Assembly: GCA_964531335.1 (NCBI GenBank) | Contig: CAZHEV010000003.1 | Coordinates: 130,429-194,428, forward strand | Reading direction: 5' to 3' | Length of the DNA stretch: 64,000 bases | Source of the DNA: an uncultured bacterium | Lineage (GTDB): Bacteria > Eisenbacteria > RBG-16-71-46 > CAZHEV01 | In this document: positions 56,656 through 64,000 of the stretch, in pieces | Position numbering within the stretch: the first letter of the stretch is position 1 | Layout of the letters: every line of letters begins with the position of its first letter | Notes under the pieces: model-generated | The model's database searches: none | What the model was told of the DNA's origin: nothing | Seen by the model: the letters and a program-made list of their open reading frames with translations, nothing else | Position numbers and translations under genes: made by a program

Positions 56656-57094
56656 TCGCTGCTCCTTTCCACGGAACGGCGGGGCCTATGACGAGTCCCC
56701 GTAACCGGTGTGAACCTGCACGCTCCCATTGCCATAGAAAGACGCCGGCCACTTCGGTCGCTTGGGTAGAACTGCCGGGGGAGGACGGCCGAGCGGCTTG
56801 ACGCCGGGAGCACTCGACAAGTACTCGATGCAAGAAAGGCTCCCGTGACTCCCGGAGAGCACTTACTATTATTGTAACACAGGCTCCTTCCGGTGCCAAG
56901 ACTAACCGTCTGCGAAGCAACCAGTTGTGCTGTGCCTCTCCTAACGGCAACCTCGCGCGGCGGTTATCCCGCTCCGATAAGAGAGTTGGTTGTGTGAGGC
57001 GGCACGACCGAATGTTGCGAATCGCCGGGTGCCGTGCAATTCTAAAGGTGGAGTTTTGGGCAAGGGCGCGTAAGCGCGATCTTTGGAGGCGAAG

Positions 57095-57388
57095 ATGTAC
57101 TGCCACTTCTGCGGGGCAAAGATCCATACTGGTGACAGGGTGGACTTCAGGGCGGAGTGCGACTCGTGCGGAAGAGACGCCCATGTCTGCGTCAACTGTT
57201 CGCTCTATGACCCCGGTGCGCACAACATGTGCAGGGAGCCGCAGGCGGAATGGGTTTCGGACAGGGAGAAGGCCAACAGGTGCGAGTACTTCCGTCCCTC
57301 CGCGTCTCCCGGCAAGCGCTCAAAGCGGGCCGAGGACGCCAGGTCCAAGCTGGATTCGCTCTTCAAGAAGAGCGAGGGTGAAAGCTGA
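57095..57388 (+). CDS. Small zinc-ribbon (Cys-rich) protein
   Basis: GGAGG RBS; MYCHFCGAKI...CDSCGRDAHVCVNCSLYD...CREP has eight Cys in CxxC pairs, then a basic C-terminal tail. Confidence 0.45.
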   Translation: MYCHFCGAKIHTGDRVDFRAECDSCGRDAHVCVNCSLYDPGAHNMCREPQAEWVSDREKANRCEYFRPSASPGKRSKRAEDARSKLDSLFKKSEGES

Positions 57389-57531
57389 GAAGGCGACCGC
57401 GATCGCCGGGGAGGTCCCGCCGCCAGGCAGGGACCTCCGGTTCTTCTTCGGGGTCCTGGTCGCGCATTATGCCCCGGCCGGGTCTTGTCCGGCCGTGCCC
57501 GGTTTCCCTTGAGCTGGGCCCGGAACGGGCG

Positions 57532-57915
57532 TCAAGCGAGGGCGACCACGTCTATCTCGACAAGGGCTCCCGCCGGCAGGCCCTTGACCGCGATGGCGCT
57601 TCTTGCGGGTTTCGCGGCTGCGAAGTGCTCGGTGTAGACCTCGTTCATCGCCCCGAAGTCGCTCATGTCGGAGAGATAGACGCCCGCTCTAACGACCTTG
57701 GAGAGAGAGGATCCCGAGGCCTCGAGCACGACCTTCAAGTTCTCGATCGCGCGGGCGGTCTGCTCCTTGACCCCTCCTTCGACCATCTTTCCGGTGGACG
57801 GATCCAAGCCGACCTGTCCGGATAGAAAGACGAAGGGGCCGGCTACTACCGCCTGCTCATAAGGCCCGATGGGAAGAGGCGCGGATTCGGTTCTCACTGC
57901 TCGTCTCTCGCTCAC
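57532..57915 (-). CDS. ridA: RidA/YjgF-family reactive-intermediate deaminase
   Basis: APLPIGPYEQAVVAGPFVFLSGQ and the C-terminal ARSAIAVKGLPAGALVEID motif. Start set to the in-frame GTG with AGGAGC RBS. Confidence 0.65.
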   Translation of the reverse strand: MSERRAVRTESAPLPIGPYEQAVVAGPFVFLSGQVGLDPSTGKMVEGGVKEQTARAIENLKVVLEASGSSLSKVVRAGVYLSDMSDFGAMNEVYTEHFAAAKPARSAIAVKGLPAGALVEIDVVALA

Positions 57916-57993
57916 TTTGCTTGCTCCTTTCCTATGTAGCACGTGCAGGCAGTTGCTCGGCCCGTGGCCGGGGACATGTTTCAGGCGGGCGGG

Positions 57994-59349
57994 TCACTTT
58001 GACTGCGGTTCTGTCAGGCCGTACTTCTTAATGCGATATAGTAGCACGTGACGGGGAATGTCAAGGAGCTTCGCCGCCTTGGACTTGTTCCATCCGCTCT
58101 TCTGGAGGGCCTCGAACACCATCTTCTTCTCCGCGTCGGGGAGCGACAATTGCCTGCTCGCTTCCGGCCCCCGTTCCCTGGGCTTGGGATCGAAAGCGCC
58201 GAAATCCCGGGGAAGATCTTCCATGGTGAGCCGGTCGGAGCTTCTCAGAAGCACCATGCGCTCGATCAAGTTCTGAAGCTCCCTGACGTTGCCGGGCCAG
58301 CGGTAGTCGATCAGCCGTTTCATGAGCTCGGAGTCGATCGAAACCTCGGCGCCCCCGGCCACTCGGCGCAGAAACTCCCGGGCGAGCAGTGCAACGTCTT
58401 CTTTTCTCTCCCTCAGGCTGGGAACCCTTATCGGGACCACGTTCAAACGGTAGTACAGATCCTCCCTGAAGGACCCGTCCCTGACGCGCTCCTCGAGACT
58501 CGTGTTGGTGGCGGCTATCAACCGCACGTCGCATTCGCCGGGCCTCTCGGCGCCGATCGGCTCGATAACGCGCTCCTGGAGGACGCGCAGCAGCTTGGCT
58601 TGAAGGTCGAAGGCGAGCTCGCTGACCTCGTCCAGAAGCAGCGTCCCTCCGTCCGCGAGCGCGAACTTCCCGCGCTTGTTCCTGACCGCGCCGGTGAAGG
58701 CGCCCTTCACGTGCCCGAAAAGCTCCGACTCCAGCAGATCCTTTGGTATCGCGGCGCAGTTGACTGCCACGAACTCCCTGTGCTGCCTCGGGCTCATGGA
58801 ATGCATCGTGCGCGCGACCAGCTCCTTCCCGGTGCCGGACTCGCCTATCAGAAGGACCGTGGCGTCCGTCGCGGCGATCTTCTCGACGGTCTCCATCATC
58901 TCCGCGAAGCTCCTGCCGGCCCCCATCAATCGGTCTCTCTGTGAGGTGGCGTTCAACTCCTGACGGAGCCGCCGGTTCTCGCGCTCGAGCGTGTCGAACT
59001 TCAGGGCCTTGTCGATCGCGACGAAGAGCTCCTCGTCCTCGAAAGGCTTGGTTATGTAGTCGAACGCGCCGAGCTTCACCGCCTGAACGGCCTGCGAGAT
59101 AGTCGCATAAGCCGTAATCAGGATGACTTTTATTCCGGGCCTGAGCGATATCGCCCTCTCGAGGAGCTCGATGCCGTCGATCTTGGGCATGCGAATGTCC
59201 GAGATCAGCAGGTCGATAGGGCTCTCTTCGAGGATACCGACGGCCCGGCGTCCGTCCGCCGCGGAAACGACGTCGAACCCTCGCTTGCTCAGCTTGAACT
59301 CCAGCACCCGCCTGAGGGAGGTGTCGTCGTCCGCGAGCAGTATTCGCAT
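57994..59349 (-). CDS. Sigma-54-dependent response regulator (NtrC/AtoC/ZraR family)
   Basis: REC (ILLADDDTSLRRVL...LLISDIRMP), GESGTGKE Walker A, ESELFGHVKGAFTGA, and a C-terminal Fis-type HTH. Confidence 0.85.
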   Translation of the reverse strand: MRILLADDDTSLRRVLEFKLSKRGFDVVSAADGRRAVGILEESPIDLLISDIRMPKIDGIELLERAISLRPGIKVILITAYATISQAVQAVKLGAFDYITKPFEDEELFVAIDKALKFDTLERENRRLRQELNATSQRDRLMGAGRSFAEMMETVEKIAATDATVLLIGESGTGKELVARTMHSMSPRQHREFVAVNCAAIPKDLLESELFGHVKGAFTGAVRNKRGKFALADGGTLLLDEVSELAFDLQAKLLRVLQERVIEPIGAERPGECDVRLIAATNTSLEERVRDGSFREDLYYRLNVVPIRVPSLRERKEDVALLAREFLRRVAGGAEVSIDSELMKRLIDYRWPGNVRELQNLIERMVLLRSSDRLTMEDLPRDFGAFDPKPRERGPEASRQLSLPDAEKKMVFEALQKSGWNKSKAAKLLDIPRHVLLYRIKKYGLTEPQSK

Positions 59350-59355
59350 AGTGAT

Positions 59356-60414
59356 CTACTCCTTGGGGGACAGTGGGAGCCGCACTGACGCCACCGCTCC
59401 GCCCCCGGTCTTGTTATCAAGAGATATCTCGCCTCCATGCCTCTCGACTATGGACTTGGCTATGGCAAGTCCAAGTCCCGTTCCGGACGGCTTGGAGCTG
59501 AAAAAAGGCTCGAATACCCTTTTCATATCGCCCTCGGGGATCCCGGGGCCGCTATCCTCCACCTCTGCCAGCGCGCGGCCGTCTCGGGCGTCCGCGGACA
59601 GAAGGATGCGCACCGCGGACCCGCGGTCCGAGGCCTCCAGGGCGTTGAGCAGTAGATTGAGCAGGACCTGATGCATCTTTTCACCGTCCCCTTCTATGTA
59701 CACCTCGTCCTGCGTGTCCTCTAGGACCTCGACCCCGCGCCTGCTTGCCTGCGCCCTGACCTGCTTCACCGCGCTGCGGACGGCCTCGGAAAGGTCGAAG
59801 CGCCGCGAGTCGGTCTCGGACGGCCGGGCGAACTCGAGAAAATCGGTAACCGACCTGTCGATCCGTTTTATCTCCTTGACCACTATCTGCCTGAACTCTT
59901 GTTTTTCCGAAGCGGAGGTGGACTCGTCGCCGAGGATCTCCATCGCCCCTTTGATAGACGCAAGTGGGTTCTTTATCTCGTGAGCCATGCCGGCCGCGAT
60001 TCTGCCGACAAGGGAGAACCTCTGAGAGCGCTCCAGCTGGACCCTTGCGTCATGGGCCCTCTTGCGCGCTTTCAACTCCTTGTCGATCAGGGCGCCGGCC
60101 AGCACGGCGATCGCGAAATAGAAGACTATCTCCGCCAGCTCGTCGGCGAGGCGATTCGGCTCGAGCCCCGCTCTCGTCAGGTAAGGTATCAACAGGAGCG
60201 ATATGACGGCCGCGGCAAGCACCCCTCCGCGGATGCCGAACCACGCGGCGGAGATAACGATGGGTATGTAGCAGAACCGCCCGTGTATGGCGTGCAGCCA
60301 GTGAACTTGCCCGAAGAACGGCTCGACCAGCCAACCGTAGTGCACCCCGAGCGTAACGGCCACCACCCCGGAGAGGATGGCTATCTTTGAAGCGTTCGCC
60401 CTAGGTTTCCACAC
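59356..60414 (-). CDS. Membrane sensor histidine kinase (HisKA + HATPase_c)
   Basis: Several N-terminal TM helices, H-box GMAHEIKNPLASIKGAMEIL, N-box LNLLLNALEA, G-boxes DSGPGIP / GTGLGLAIAK. The track's TTG at 60447 lies inside the sigma-54 -12 element, so the start is placed at the downstream GTG, which has a GGGGGAA RBS. Confidence 0.75.
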   Translation of the reverse strand: MWKPRANASKIAILSGVVAVTLGVHYGWLVEPFFGQVHWLHAIHGRFCYIPIVISAAWFGIRGGVLAAAVISLLLIPYLTRAGLEPNRLADELAEIVFYFAIAVLAGALIDKELKARKRAHDARVQLERSQRFSLVGRIAAGMAHEIKNPLASIKGAMEILGDESTSASEKQEFRQIVVKEIKRIDRSVTDFLEFARPSETDSRRFDLSEAVRSAVKQVRAQASRRGVEVLEDTQDEVYIEGDGEKMHQVLLNLLLNALEASDRGSAVRILLSADARDGRALAEVEDSGPGIPEGDMKRVFEPFFSSKPSGTGLGLAIAKSIVERHGGEISLDNKTGGGAVASVRLPLSPKE

Positions 60415-60442
60415 CTTGATGATTCCCCCTGATCTCACAACT

Positions 60443-60458
60443 GGCAATGGTCGTGCCT
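60443..60458 (-). promoter_or_regulatory. Sigma-54 (-24/-12) promoter for the HK-RR operon
   Basis: Minus-strand aGGCACG-acca-TTGCc versus consensus TGGCACG-N4-TTGCA. Lies about 20 nt upstream of the SD/GTG of the kinase gene. Confidence 0.5.
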
Positions 60459-60747
60459 AATTCCCCCGTGACCGAACCATGCTTGTAACGAATTCTTTCA
60501 TAGTGCGTTACACAGCCCGATCCCGGGCTGCCAGAGGGATTCTGAACGGGTGTTCAGAGAATAGTATACACAACCGTAGCATATTGTGCGTAAATGGACA
60601 ATATTCTACTGAAAAAAGGGTGAAAAAAGGGTCGATCACGGGGCGATCGATTCGTAACTCTCGTATTGTCAGGTGCTTAGATCGCTTGGCATGGAGCTTG
60701 ATCCTACAATTTAGCGATTGGCCAGGAACGGACAAGGGAGGGGCGCC

Positions 60748-62103
60748 ATGAAGCACATTCTCTCCATAGCGGCGATCGTCTTCGGAGCGGCCGGAGCCAC
60801 CGGGGAGCCGGGGGCCGCGGTGCCTGCGTGGAATCCGATAACGGCGGATTCTCTCGGCGCGGCCTTCGAAGAGCCGGGCGCGGCGGCGGTCGAGATAGAC
60901 TCGACCTTCACGCTCGATGACTACCTGAGGCTGGCGGCGCAACGGAGTCCGGCCTTGAGGGCCGCCTTCTTCGAATGGCGGGCCGCGGTCGAGAGGTCGG
61001 GCTACGCCGGTTCTCTTCCCGAGCCTGTCCTGACCTACACGCGCTTCTTGGAGAACGTGGAGACGCGGGTGGGGCCGCAGAATCAGCGCCTCAGTCTGAG
61101 GCAGTCCTATCCATGGTTCGGGACTCTCGGCGCCAGGGAGGATGTGGCACTCGAAGAGGCGAACTCCGCCTATGGCAGGTTTGAGGCCGAGCGGCTCAGG
61201 ACCTTCTATCGGGTCAAGTCTGCGTTCTACCAGTACTACTTCCTGGGCAGGCGGATAGCCCTGGCCGAGGAGAACATGGAGCTTTTGAGGTTCTGGGAGT
61301 CGGTGGTGCGCACGAAGTACAAGACGGCCCTGAGACAACATCCGGACGTAATCCGAGCGCAGGTGGAGTTGGGCAAGCTCGAGGATCTGGTGCTGTCGCT
61401 GAAGGACGAGGTGGACGCCGCGGCTGCGAGGCTTGGAGCCGTACTCAATCTGCCTCGCTCCACGTCCTTGCCTGTGCCGGGGGCGGTGCAGGTGAAGGAG
61501 CGGGAGCTGGATGGTCGAGGCGTGGTGAAAGCGGCCGTGGAGCATAATCCCGACCTGAGGGCCCTGCGGCACCTCGCGGACAAGGAAGAGGCGGCGGTCC
61601 GACTGGCGAAGAAATCGTACTATCCGGATCTCTTCTTCGGTGTGGACTATATCGAGACAGGCGAGGCGATCAATCCCGCGACTTCGGAGAGCGGCAAGGA
61701 TGCCTGGATGGTCGGCGTGGGCGTTGAGCTCCCCGTCTGGTTCGGCAAGTACAAGGCGATGACCAGGGAGGCGAAGGCTCGGCGCGCGCGTGCCAGATAC
61801 ATGATACAGGAGTCGCAGAATGAGCTTGCGGCGCTCGCGGAGAAGGTGAAGTTCGAGCACGACGACGCGTTGCGCAAAGTGAGGCTGTACCGGGACGGCC
61901 TGGTGCCGAAGGCAAAGCAATCGCTCAACGCCAGCTACACGGCCTATCAGGCCGGAGAGCTGAGCTTCCTGGACGTGCTCGACGCGCAGCGCCGGCTCCT
62001 GGACTTTCAGCTGGAGTTCGAGCGCTCCGTTTCCAGGCTTGGGACGAAACAGGCCGAGATCGAGATGATAACCGCTAGGCCCGTAGACGAGCTGGCCATC
62101 TAG
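60748..62103 (+). CDS. TolC/CusC-family outer-membrane efflux protein
   Basis: Signal peptide (MKHILSIAAIVFGAAGA) and OEP-family repeat structure (TLDDYLRLAAQRSPALRAA ... YYPDLFFGVDY). Confidence 0.75.
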   Translation: MKHILSIAAIVFGAAGATGEPGAAVPAWNPITADSLGAAFEEPGAAAVEIDSTFTLDDYLRLAAQRSPALRAAFFEWRAAVERSGYAGSLPEPVLTYTRFLENVETRVGPQNQRLSLRQSYPWFGTLGAREDVALEEANSAYGRFEAERLRTFYRVKSAFYQYYFLGRRIALAEENMELLRFWESVVRTKYKTALRQHPDVIRAQVELGKLEDLVLSLKDEVDAAAARLGAVLNLPRSTSLPVPGAVQVKERELDGRGVVKAAVEHNPDLRALRHLADKEEAAVRLAKKSYYPDLFFGVDYIETGEAINPATSESGKDAWMVGVGVELPVWFGKYKAMTREAKARRARARYMIQESQNELAALAEKVKFEHDDALRKVRLYRDGLVPKAKQSLNASYTAYQAGELSFLDVLDAQRRLLDFQLEFERSVSRLGTKQAEIEMITARPVDELAI

Positions 62104-62130
62104 TGGTCGGCCGAGAGAGGGGAGTACGTC

Positions 62131-62610
62131 ATGTCTGTCTTTAGAATCACCCTGACGGCTCTTGCGTTGGCCGCGCTCCCGGCGGGAGCGGCCCAGGAGG
62201 GAGATCGCGTGGAATTGAAGATGCAGACCCGCTGCCCTGTAATGGGAGGCGTGATCGATTCGACGGCGTTCACCGACATCCAAGGACAAAGGGTCTACCA
62301 CTGCTGCGCGGGATGCTCGAAGATGCTCGAGGCGGATCCCGACAAGTACTTCAAGAAGGCCGCCGCGGACAGCGTGCTCTTCGAGAACATCCAGGTGGCC
62401 TGCCCGGTGTCGGGCGAGCCGCTGGAGGAGAAGTCGGTGTACGCGGACTACGAAGGCCGGCGCGTCTTCTTCTGTTGCGAGAACTGCGTGGGGTCCTTTG
62501 CGGAGGATCCGCATAAATACCTGAAGAGGTTGGATGAGATGCCGGAGGATCCGGCCAAGGCCGAGGCTATGGGCGGTTGCCCGCACCATGAGCCCGAGCG
62601 CTCCCACTAA
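62131..62610 (+). CDS. Periplasmic protein with two YHS/TRASH-type metal-binding domains
   Basis: Signal peptide, then CPVMGGVID...RVYHCCAGC and CPVSGEPLEEK...RVFFCCENC repeats, and a C-terminal His-rich tail (CPHHEPERSH). Confidence 0.65.
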   Translation: MSVFRITLTALALAALPAGAAQEGDRVELKMQTRCPVMGGVIDSTAFTDIQGQRVYHCCAGCSKMLEADPDKYFKKAAADSVLFENIQVACPVSGEPLEEKSVYADYEGRRVFFCCENCVGSFAEDPHKYLKRLDEMPEDPAKAEAMGGCPHHEPERSH

Positions 62611-62642
62611 AGAGCGCTATTTGCAGCCGGGGGAGAGAAGCC

Positions 62643-64000
62643 ATGACCGAGCAGACTTCGAGGGACACAAGAGGGCGGGGATTTTTCCCGCGAGGAAGGC
62701 GCGCGTTGATAGGCGTGGTTATCGTCGCCGTCGTGGCTTTCTTCCTGGGCGGCCTGTTGCTGGGCGAAGGCCCGTCTCCGGAAAAGACCGAGCCCGGTCG
62801 TGATTCGGCGGAGGCCGGAGCGCCCGAGCAGCAGCTCTGGACCTGCTCCATGCACCCGCAGATCCAGCTTCCGGAGCCCGGCAAATGCCCCATTTGTTTC
62901 ATGGACTTGATTCCGGTCGAGAGCGGAGACGGCGAGGGTCTCGATCCCAGGCAGATTCGGATGTCGGAAACGGCGAAGAGGCTGGCGCGGATAGAGACGT
63001 CCGTGGCGCGCAGGGGCTTCGCCGAGCACGAGGTGAGGATGGTCGGCAAGATCTCCTATGACGAGACGAGCTTGGCGTACATAACGGCCTGGGCGCCCGG
63101 GAGGCTCGATCGTCTGTACGCGGACTACACCGGCATAACGGTCAAGAAAGGGGAGCACATGGTGTACATGTACTCGCCCGAGTTGCTCGCCGCCCAGGAA
63201 GAGCTCCTTCAGGCCAAGGCCGCGGTCTCCGCGCTCGGCGGAACCCGTAGCGAGGTTCTCAAGTCCACGGCCGACGCGACCCTCGACGCCGCAAGGGAGA
63301 AGCTCAGGCTCTACGGGCTGACCGCGCGCCAGATCGAGGAGATCGAGGCCTCGGGCGAGCCTTCGGACCACCTGACGATCTACGCCCCGATGGGGGGAGT
63401 CGTGGTCGAGAAAGACGCGCTCGAGGGCATGTACGTTGAGACCGGAACTCGCATCTACACGATAGCCGATCTGTCGAAGCTGTGGGCGCAGTTCGAGGCG
63501 TACGAGTCGGACCTGCCCTGGCTGCGTTACGGGCAGCGCGTGCGGTTCACCTCGCCCTCGTTCCCTGGCGAGTCGTTCGAGGCGGCGATCAGCTTCATCG
63601 ACCCGGTCGTCGACCCCAAGACCCGGACGGTGGACGTGCGCGCGATCGTCGAGAACGTGGGCCTCAAGTTGAAACCCGGCATGTTCGTGAGAGGAACGCT
63701 CGACTCGAGACTCAACGCCGAGGGCGAGGTCATAAGCGAGAACCTCGCCGGCAAGTGGATAAGCCCCATGCATCCGGAGGTGCTCAAGGAGGGCCCCGGA
63801 CTCTGCGACGTCTGCGGCATGCCCCTGGTGCCGGTCGAAAGCCTCGGCTACGCGGACCCTTCGGAATCCCGGGCCACCGCGCCTCTCTTGATACCGGACT
63901 CCGCTCCCTTGATTACCGGGAAAAGGGCGGTGGTCTACGTCGAGCTGCCCAGCGACGACGGCCCTCTCTTCGAAGGACGTGAGGTGGAGCTCGGGCCGAA
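62643..64000 (+). CDS. RND efflux periplasmic adaptor (CusB/CzcB-like) with two heavy-metal-binding CxxC motifs; 3' end beyond window
   Basis: Not in the ORF track because there is no stop within the window. GGGGGAG RBS before ATG 62643; TM anchor; CSMHPQIQLPEPGKCPICFMDL and ISPMHPEVLKEGPGLCDVCGMPL motifs; HlyD-like beta-barrel/lipoyl region in between. Confidence 0.7.
   Translation, partial: MTEQTSRDTRGRGFFPRGRRALIGVVIVAVVAFFLGGLLLGEGPSPEKTEPGRDSAEAGAPEQQLWTCSMHPQIQLPEPGKCPICFMDLIPVESGDGEGLDPRQIRMSETAKRLARIETSVARRGFAEHEVRMVGKISYDETSLAYITAWAPGRLDRLYADYTGITVKKGEHMVYMYSPELLAAQEELLQAKAAVSALGGTRSEVLKSTADATLDAAREKLRLYGLTARQIEEIEASGEPSDHLTIYAPMGGVVVEKDALEGMYVETGTRIYTIADLSKLWAQFEAYESDLPWLRYGQRVRFTSPSFPGESFEAAISFIDPVVDPKTRTVDVRAIVENVGLKLKPGMFVRGTLDSRLNAEGEVISENLAGKWISPMHPEVLKEGPGLCDVCGMPLVPVESLGYADPSESRATAPLLIPDSAPLITGKRAVVYVELPSDDGPLFEGREVELGP

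Noticed and set aside
60540-60557. GAAC-gggt-GTTC palindrome as a second LexA (Cheo) box
   Set aside because: The flanks (T...A instead of C...G) deviate from CGAACRNRYGTTCG, and it sits at enhancer distance from a sigma-54 promoter next to a metal-efflux operon. Interpreted as an activator UAS rather than an SOS box, but not excluded.
60676-60691. Sigma-54-like TGGCAT-N5-TTGA element upstream of the TolC-like gene
   Set aside because: The invariant -12 GC dinucleotide is replaced by GA, so it is probably not functional. It is mentioned only inside the regulatory-region finding.
60508-62607. 699-aa minus-strand ORF spanning the TolC-like and YHS genes
   Set aside because: Antisense to two well-supported plus-strand genes with signal peptides and family motifs.
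1-64000. CRISPR arrays, tRNA/rRNA genes, IS elements or integrases
   Set aside because: No regularly spaced short repeats were found by eye, no T-loop/anticodon-arm tRNA structures in the intergenic gaps examined, and no transposase, integrase or terminal inverted repeats. The window appears to be core chromosome.

Overview
High-GC (roughly 65-68% by eye), gene-dense bacterial chromosomal segment. A C-terminal T9SS sorting domain on a giant S8 peptidase and the frequent sigma-54 regulators suggest an FCB-group or candidate-phylum lineage, but taxonomy cannot be fixed from sequence alone. Five consecutive minus-strand glycosyltransferase genes (GT9/GT4/GT1/GT2/GT4) occupy the first 5.3 kb. The sdh genes follow in the order A-C-D-B, and sppA at 9.5 kb. 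Then come a DUF1028 hydrolase gene at 11.4 kb, a UPF0182 membrane-protein gene at 12.7 kb, and a block of poorly characterised genes (DUF364, a stand-alone GyrA C-terminal domain, DUF362-ferredoxin, HDAC, radical SAM, hemerythrin, Fe-ADH). A deleted DNA polymerase X remnant is at 24.8 kb. An M14 carboxypeptidase gene at 25.1 kb and an S8/T9SS peptidase gene at 52.8 kb are both very large. A translationally coupled lipoprotein gene and atypical sensor-kinase gene, followed by a sigma-54 activator gene, sit upstream of a sigma-54 promoter that drives a lone receiver protein. An SOS cassette (LexA box, lexA, an unknown 84-aa ORF, an active Y-family polymerase, dnaE2) begins at 35.5 kb. Other genes: tldD/pmbA, an SSF symporter with Hpt and REC-HD-GYP, nth, nfi, a second sigma-54 two-component pair, and a TolC/YHS/CusB-like metal efflux operon that runs off the end. 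The most striking single observation is a 71-codon glutaredoxin-like ORF (45677..45892, minus) with an in-frame UGA at the first Cys of the CxxC motif and a SECIS-like hairpin 12 nt downstream: a candidate selenoprotein the ORF track splits. No rRNA, tRNA, CRISPR array or obvious mobile element was seen. Coordinates of manually refined starts may be off by 1-3 nt.
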